Positions 56,179-64,000 of a stretch of 64,000 bases of DNA are shown here, one piece after another. The notes beneath the pieces were generated by a model that ran no database searches, was not told the origin of the DNA, and worked only from the letters and a program-made list of their open reading frames with translations. The stretch is from Klebsormidium nitens. Taxonomy: Eukaryota > Plantae > Klebsormidiophyceae. The DNA lies in contig DF237372.1 of assembly GCA_000708835.1 (NCBI GenBank), positions 1 to 64,000 of the forward strand. The letters run 5' to 3'. Numbering within the stretch: position 1 is the stretch's first letter; every line of letters starts with the position of its first letter. The translations under genes and the position numbers were made by a program.

Positions 56179-59100
56179 TCAGTGACTAATCGTGGCAGCG
56201 GCCTCCGTTTTTAGAAACGGCTCTGTGCTCGGGGACCGACACCGCCCGGCGGCCGCCGACGAGTCCGACGATTGCGGTGTCAATTTGGGGCTCGCTTGCC
56301 CGGTGCCCTCCTCCCGGGTCGACACGGTGGGCCCGTTTTCTAAGCCAGTCACGGCTCGGGGCGCGAAGCTCACGCCCGGGAAAGCACTCCCCGGGCTCGA
56401 ATCGAGCTCCGTTTTGATTATAAATGGGTTTACAATCGGGGCGCCATTCCCCGGGCTAGAGCGGAACTCCGGCTTGGGAACGGTTTGAGTTATTTGGTTC
56501 GCTTTTCTACCCGGTTGATCCACCTTTCCCCCTTGACTACGGGGAGAACCAAGACCGACCCGGCGCCCCGGCTCGCCCCAGACGTTTTCTCGATCCTCGG
56601 TGGGATATACTTTGCTTGCTCCAGTATCAATATCCAACGCTCCCCCGTCGCTTCGTGCGCTCGCCAAACCCTCGTCTTGTGTCCGCCCTCCAAAGCCGTC
56701 AGCTGTTTTCCCCTCGAAAAGTCCCCGGTTGTTTGAGACCCCAGGCCGTTCCCCCATGTCAGTCAATTTAGACTCCGGTGCCTCATAATCTTCCCCGTTG
56801 CCTCCGCTCTCTGTCTTTACCCTTCTCAACCCCCCTCCCGTTCCGCCGTTCCGCTCCTCCGTTCCGGGCACCTCTCGCCTCGCCCGTTTCCCCAATCCTC
56901 TCCCGCGGCTGTCCCCCTCCTCCTCTTCCCCCCCTCGGGTCCGCTTCTCCCCTCTGCTCGTCTGAATTTCCGCTCCGGTTCCGTCCAGCTCCGTCCGTTC
57001 CGCCTCGCTCGCAGTCTGGTCAGTAGTCTCCGTCTGATTTGTCCAGTCCGTTCCGGTCCCCTCGCTTCCGGTCCATTCCGTTCGTTCCGGCCCGTCTGCC
57101 CGGCGCTTCAGTTTCGCAACCCGGAGATGGCGCCTCACGGCGGCCTCGACGGTCGAGCGGCCGTACGCGGCAACAGCTTCCGCCAATTCGGCGGCCTGCA
57201 AATGGGAAGAATCAAACGGTCAAGAACAATCGCACAGCAGATTGCCGGGAGGGGATTCGAACAATGTGAGATTCCCCCGAAAGAAACGTGCGCAGTTGTG
57301 GATCTCCGCTGCCCGTCGGAACGGCCTGCAAATCTGACCCAGATCTGCGAGCTTAACATCAGCAAGCAGCAGAAAGAGTTTCCTTCCCGCCCACCGTCAA
57401 AACTCCCGCAGGCGAAAATGGGCACCCGTTGTTTCTGGAGGGAGTGCCTAATCGAGGCATGTCTGCCTGTTGCTGACAACCAGATCTTGTGCGGAATCAC
57501 AATTTGCCCCCCGCGGGTATCAACAGAATTCTAGGAGGGACTGTTGCAATGACCCGTTCTCAGAACGTGAGACTGTCAATTTGCAGTGGACTTTTATGTG
57601 CAGAAAGTGACGACCGAGCGTTGCACATAACGATTGCTGAAGATTGCACAAAATCTGAGAACGGACAACAAGGTCGAAACAAGGGCCACCTCGAACGAGC
57701 CTGGAAGATTTGCGCCTCTCAACCGACGACCCTTATAGTCGAAATAACGGAAAGACTGCAGAAGGCTCAACAAAGTGGGTAGTTCAATACTAGCGTCTTA
57801 ATAAAAATATCTTCACAAGTCGGCTTGAAGACTTCTCTTGTTCCATGTACGCTCCTGAGTCACACAAACAGGAACTCACAAAACAGATCATCAACCGAGC
57901 AGAACAGTGAGGGCAGTTTTTCTCCTCACCATTCGATCCAGGTTCACATCCACGGTCCCTGCTTCGCCTTTAGGCGACGGTTCCCCTAGCCCCTCCCTCG
58001 CCGCATCAACCGCGGCGTTCACCGATTGAGTCCTCGGAGACCCATCTCTCTCGGGTCTCTCGTTCAGCCTATCAAACCACCGCCGTTGCGGGAAGCCGTC
58101 ACTTAATCCGTCCCCCCCTTTTCGGACGATCTCCTCCTTCCTGTTACTTTTTACAATCTTAGACAGAGGCACCGCACGGTCCCCTTCGGCGTCCGCGTTC
58201 TGTGGGGGCGAGAGCTGGGCGTTTTGGGGGGTTAAAAGTTGGGAGTCTGAAGGGACTTCGCCGTCGTTTTGGAGACCCCCCTCGGAGAAGCGGCTGCGCG
58301 AGCGGCGGTGGGTATTTACACCAGGGAGAGGAGAAAGAGAGGCGCTTCTGTCGTGCTGCTCGGAGGGCGGTGGGAATAGGCTCGGGCTGGAGACTCGGCC
58401 AGAAGGGACCTGTACAGAAAGGCAGATTAAGCTTTACACAAAAGCAGGTTAAGCTTTCCAGAAATGCAGGGTAAGCTTTACAGAAAGGCAGGTTAAGCGT
58501 TAAAAGAAACGGAGAGGTGAGATGAACATTCGGAGGAATCGCGGAGGAGCTGATCGTAACGGCTCTTCCTTAATTTGACTTTCTTGCTTATCTTCCAATG
58601 TTCCTAATCTTCTGCCATTTCTCTTCACAAAGTCGATTCTTGAAAGATCTCGTCAGACTTTCCACAGCACAACAGCAGATTTCAACAAGCAGCTGGGAGC
58701 AAAGCCCTCGGTACTCATCAGCTCTGCTTACAACACAGCGAAGATAGGACAATCCTATGACTAGGAGGAAGGACGAACCCAAAAGTTAACAACCACATAA
58801 CAACCTAACCCCTCACCACTCCATCCGGAGACTCCGCTTTCCATTCCCTCTCCTCTTCGCCCACTCTCCGGATCTCAACTCTCCCGTGGCCCCCCTCGGT
58901 GACGCTCTCGTTCCTTCGATCGGGCCGCTGCTGAGTCCAAGATGCAGTCACGCCGCCTTCGCCTCCCCCCAAAGCCTGGTCTCTTGGAGATGCCGCAAAC
59001 GGTTGCTGGTTCAACGGAGATGGCGAGGGCGCTTTTCCCGAGACGTCTTGAGAGCTTCTGGGCGGTAATGGTTGCGCCGAGGAACGACGGTGCGGTAACG

Positions 59101-62100
59101 GGTGGACTTCGACCGGGCTTTCTGGGTTGAAAAGGTCCTTGAGGAGCGACTCGCTGCTGCCGCCGAGGGAGGGGTTCGAGGGGGAGGGGAGGCCGCTCGC
59201 ACCTGGTGTGATTGACGTGCGAAACGTCAGCCATAAGATCACATCAACAAGTGGGATTGGCAATGCAAACTGGATTGCCTGCCTGCCAATCAGAAGGAAG
59301 AAAAGGGCAAAGAAGGGCGACGCTGGTGACCTTTGAGCGGGTGCAATTGGCTCTGCCAACACTGGGTGTGCATAGGAAGCCAGACAAAATCTGGTTTGGA
59401 ATCAGAAGTGACAATACTTTTGCAAAGCGGAAGTGCCAAAGCCTGCCCCTACATTGATTACTGATGAGGGGAGCAGCCTGAACGGTCTAAACACGGGCTT
59501 CGTAGGTCTTTGAGGCTGTGCAATGTGGAGAAACCCAACACGGTGTCAATCTCCAAAAGCCGAGCTTGATCAGATTGTAACCCTGAATGATCCCTCGAGA
59601 AAAAGATGTAGAACGGCAGAACCAAAGAGGTATCAAGCGACCCAAAACAATTCCAAGTAAGACTGAATCCCCACGAGGACATCAATCAATGCGGATCCAA
59701 CAAGCGGTGATGGTGGCAAGCGGAAGCTTGGCCAAGCAGGGCAAGGACAAACCCGTTCAAGGACGAATCAATCTCCTTTCTTGACTTGAGATTCGTCATC
59801 TTTCCCTTCTTCAAACTCCACCCTCGCGACTTTGAAGACAGAGCTTCCAGAATGAAGAGCTTATAGCCCACCTAACGAGGACCGCCCCCCGACGAGCATA
59901 CTCCCGCTGGACGGCCCGGACCCCCCCGCCGAGTCCGCCTGCTGTCCCGCCGACCCGACCCTAATTCCGGACGCCCCCTTCTTCTCCGACCCCCCCGAAC
60001 TGCTGCCCGCCCTATCCGTTCCACCCCCCCGGAGCAAATCGAGCGGAACGCTTTTCGTCGCGGCGCTTCCGCTCCCCTCCACGGGCCCTGGTCTCGTGAC
60101 ACGTGTCTCCTGAAAGCTGGGGTAGGAAAACGGCCGCATGGCGTCAGGGGATGGCGCCGCGAACTCGGAACCAAAGCCGCGGCGGCCCGACTCGCCCCCC
60201 ACCCCACGAGACCGCTCGCCGCCACCTGGCGCATGCGCGTCGGCTTTCGAGCCTCTGAACCCTGCGTCAAACGGAAAGCGCGCGTCGGTTGCGCGACCGG
60301 GGGGGTGCTCCCACCCCCCCGGCATGGTGGGCTTCGAGAGCGCCTCCGGGGAGGTTTGCAACGGGCTGTGACGTTGACCCTCCTCCGGACGCTCTTGGGG
60401 GGGGGCATCGTACCTCCCCCGGGAAAAACTCGAGCAACTACCGTCCCCAGAAACTTGTCTTTCGTGGGCAGAGGGCACCGCCCTAGGCTCTCTGAAAACC
60501 CCCAGTTTCCAAGGCCCCCCCGTGCTAAACCCTTCCGGACGAAATCCTAACCCGCCGACACCATCTAACCTTGCTCGCATTGACTTTTGACCCAGCCCCT
60601 GTAAACCAAAGCCCCCGCTCAGTGCCGGCCTCATGCCCTCGGAATTTGCACCCCCAGTGCTCCTTCCCCCGGCTTGGAGGCTCCCCGAACTTAACGAGGG
60701 TTTGTTTAACCCCTTCGCCGCTTCCTGCGGGCTCGTGGAAGAACCCCCCCGAGACGAATCCGGAGACCGCCTGCCGAAAAAGCCCTGTCCGGGGGGGAAC
60801 CCAAACTGCATTGGAGGGGCCCCCCACTTGCCAAAGTCCTCGAACGGCCGTGGGTGGGGGGGTGGGCGGGTGCCAAACCGGTCTGGATTACGTGACCGGG
60901 TTAGCGACGGGTTGCCCTGGAGGGCTGCCACGAACGGATTTATCCGGTTGGGGTTAGGGTCAGGATTAGTGGAGGGTTGAGGCTTTGAAAGGAAGGGGTT
61001 AGGAAAGGCCGGAAAACCCTCTCCTTTTGGGCTCCAGTTGAACGGGTCAGGGCCCTCGTGGGCTCCGCTTGGATGCGAAGGGGGAAGCTTAAAGGGTCCC
61101 TGCCGCACAGTGGGGGACCTAGGTACTCGGAATGTTTCTTTAGGGGTCTCGCTCCGAGGCCCTGTGGAAGCTTGCGGTCCAGGAAACGGACGGCTCTGAA
61201 ACGGCCCCCCTCCTCCAAACCCAGGGTGAAAGACGGGCCGCTCTAACCCCTCAAACCCTAACCCTTGACCCCCCGGAAACCTCTGCTCCTCCAAAGGGGG
61301 TCCCCCGAAGCCCCTCCTGAAGCCCCCCGCTTCCGTCGGGCTGCTCTGGCTAAAGGGCGGCGGACCAAGTCGGAAAGGGTTGCCAGGGGGCCGTTGCGGA
61401 AGCCCGCTTAACCCGTTTTCTAAACCTGGGGGGCGATCAACCTCACTCCTCCTGCGGTCTTCTCGTCTCCGTGCATTGCTGACGTCATCAGGCTGCCTCC
61501 TCCCCTCGTCCTCGTCGTTCAAGGGACGAGAGTCGGGCCCTGGCCCAGAGGGGCCCAGGATCCGTCCTACGGTAGGGGGTTCCGCACATGGGTTTGGCGG
61601 TGGCCCCCCTCGACCGCCTAACCCCAATCGAACGGCCCAAGGAGAGAGCGCCGGGGCGGAGGTTCGGGGCGGGGTTTCCATCAACGCGTGACCACCTGAG
61701 AAGCAAGAGTTTGAAGGTTAGTCCCACGGTGGAGCACAGTTGCAGAAGGGTCTTTTTCCTGTAAAGTTTCGTCGCCTGTGAGCGCAGAATCGGAATACCG
61801 GCCACGTCGATACAGGTGGCAGAGATTACTGATTGGTGCTCAGTTGTACGACCTTCTGCGATTCGTCAATGGAATCGAGAGACCCCCCAGATTTGAGTGT
61901 GGTCTGACACATTGCAACCGCTTTGATGTGTGCTGTACAAAAGCGATGAGAGGCGTTTGAAGAAGCAGCTCTCGATACTTTCGAACTCCGAGGCAGTGTC
62001 TAGTTCAGGAGGTTTGTCATGCAATACAGTCAGACAGCATGCTTCCTGACAAGATTTGCCACCGCCAATTCCTCTGCTTGTTGGGCAGGCCGACCTCGGA

Positions 62101-64000
62101 TGATTGCAATGACAGTCACAGCTTTGAGAGCAGTCCAAGCGAGCTTGGCAACGTAAGCGCGCGTCAAAGACGAACGAGTGCATGTCACGGATGGCCAAGG
62201 ATCTCAAGCACGCACTGCCAAAACTCAGTGCTCCATCTGACCAAGACTGAGAGCAGATGCGCGCCAATCTCCAGCCAATCTTGACACCAACAGAAGACAC
62301 GTCAAGGTCAAACGCAGCAAAGCAGACACTCTCACCCGCTTCCACGACATCCTGAACCTCCGTTTCGGGGGCTTGGTTGTCTCCCGGAATGACCAAGGGG
62401 GGGGGCATCCTGAACGACGGCAGAAAACTGAGCCCCCCATTGGGCCTCAACCCTTTCACCCCCCGCCTTCGCGTCCCTGCTGATCCCTCTCCTTCCCCGG
62501 CGGAAGATCTCCTCCCAGATCCCCCGTTCGAAGCCGCGGTGCCCCCCTCTGATGGGGGATTCATTTGCCCCCCTGCTTCTGCTCTACTGCCTGGCTCCAC
62601 CCCCCCTCCAGCCAAATCGTCATCTCCACCATGACCAGCCGGCCTCCCCTCAGCACTCCCCTCGACAGCATTCGTTTTCCCCACCCCCCCCTCCTTCCCA
62701 GGAAATCTCTGACCCTGGTTTCCGGCATCTTTTTGCCCCTGGCCGATACCCAATCGTTCAACCCAAGAACCCATTCCTCTCCTCGCGCCCCCGCGGCTGC
62801 CCCCGCTGCCTTCGAAACTCTTTCCCTCCCCCTCCGGCACATCCGTAGACTTTCCCCCCAAACCGTTCGGCTGTCCTTCTGTTCGCCACCCCCCCGCATC
62901 CTTACACAAAGAGCCGAAACTGCCAAACCCCCTCGGCTGGTGAGCCCTATCCTCGTGCATTCCGTCTCGGCCCTCTTCATTTTCACCCGCATCGCCCGCC
63001 CTGCCTCTCGTTTCCCCTCCCTCCACTTGAAACCCGTTGCCCCGCCTTGCGTTGAACCCATTCTCGACAACCCTTTGCTCGCGCCTGCCCCCCCCTCCGT
63101 CGACCGTCTCAGGCGTCCCTGCTTCCGCAAACTGCTTCAGGGGGGCACCAACGCTAGGGCTCGGCAGCCCCACCTCCGTGCTCGGCCGGCTGCCCGTCCG
63201 ACCCCCCCCCCCGGAGGCGCCCGTCCCGTTGCTCGCCTTAAAAGCATGGCTCCCGCTCTCCGACTTGCTCATCCACTTCCGAACCGCCGCGGCTTCCTGC
63301 TGCTCCCGAAGCGCTTCCGCCAGACCGTACCGCCGGGCGGCGAGGCTGGGCCCGTAACCCCCGCCCCTGCTCCTCTGCTGCGACGCCGCCGGTTTCGGGT
63401 TGGGGTTAGGATTAGGGTTAGGATTACCGTCCGCGGTCGACGGCCCTTCCACCGACCGGCTCGCAGTGTCGGTGCTTGTCCGCACCCCCCCTAGAAAAAC
63501 GGGGCCCCCGGTCGAAGGGCCGCTCCCCCGTGCCTGATTCGTGGCGTTTGGCAGCGGCGGGGGCGGCGTTGGGAGGGGCCCGGACGACGGCGTCTCGGGC
63601 TCGTCATTTGCTTCTTCCTCTTCCTTCCGCTGACGGGGGCTCTCAGCCCCCTCGTGCGCGCTTCCCTCGTCTTCCGGCCGCTCGTCAGGCAACTGCCTCG
63701 CACCTGGAAACTGCGGGACCCCCCCCCTCGGACCGAACTCCCTCAAGGCCCCAAATAGCGGCACCCCAGGGGGGACCCTCTCCAGGTTCGCCGCACCCCC
63801 TCGAGGTGTCTCCTGCGCATTCGCCAACCGCGTCCCACTCGAGGGGGTCTCAGCACCCCCTGCCGGCACCCCCCCGCCGCCTGGCCCTGCCGGCAACCCC
63901 CGCAATCGCTGCACCCAGACGCTCAATCCGAGAAGCTTTTCGCCACCCCCTCGCGCACGATCCGTCGGAACGGGGGGCGCGCCGGGATGCGGTTGGCCGA
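56179..64000 (-). CDS. Very large low-complexity (G/P/S/R-rich) intrinsically disordered protein, at least about 1790 aa, 5' partial; exons >64000-62336, 61695-~59872, 59202-58817, 58409-57930, 57195-56179
   Basis: Long stop-free frames joined by phase-consistent GT-AG junctions (GCG G|gtgaga; ctcag|GT GGT; accag|GT GCG; GTG|gtgagg; tacag|GTC; ATG|gtgagg; tgcag|GCC). The frame is open to the window edge. No catalytic domain recognised. Confidence 0.75.
58415..58502 (-). repeat. 22-bp x4 tandem repeat of the branch-point/pyrimidine tract immediately upstream of acceptor 58410
   Basis: Minus-strand units: taacgcttaacctgcctttctg, taaagcttaccctgcatttctg, gaaagcttaacctgcttttgtg, taaagcttaatctgcctttctg, then tacag|. 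Confidence 0.9.

Noticed and set aside
61866-62335. C-terminal 150 aa of the 686-aa ORF
   Set aside because: A strong donor GCGG|gtgaga at 62336/62335 is phase-matched to the next exon, so this part is most likely intron read-through.
63395-63430. Telomere-like ttaggg/ttagga words (also near 60950 and 61260)
   Set aside because: They encode NPNPNP within an open exon and are not a regular telomeric array.

Overview
This is eukaryotic, intron-rich nuclear DNA with GT-AG introns and two N gaps. Gene content (plant-type eIF(iso)4G, U-box proteins, root-cap/LEA-related proteins) suggests a streptophyte green alga, possibly Klebsormidium-like; that assignment is inference only. I reconstructed nine protein-coding loci by hand from splice sites and reading phase. 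(1) A secreted Cys-rich + GDPH/root-cap-family gene (minus, 3' end incomplete). (2) A single-exon multi-TM protein. (3, 4) A divergent pair of U-box paralogues, one cut by a CAG>TAG stop. (5) A 14-exon eIF(iso)4G. (6) A coiled-coil/IQ-motif gene. (7) A putative EAR-motif protein. (8) A second root-cap-family gene. (9) A very large intrinsically disordered protein running off the right edge. No rRNA, tRNA, CRISPR array or intact transposon was recognised. The most striking unexplained structure is what I call 'exon echoes'. In most multi-exon genes the introns hold serial, decaying tandem copies (period about 80-235 bp) of the adjacent exon edge together with its splice site. Acceptor-end copies lie upstream of the exon and donor-end copies lie downstream. 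One eIF(iso)4G intron is built almost entirely from such copies, and one copy shows an excess of synonymous differences, as if it preserves an older version of the exon.
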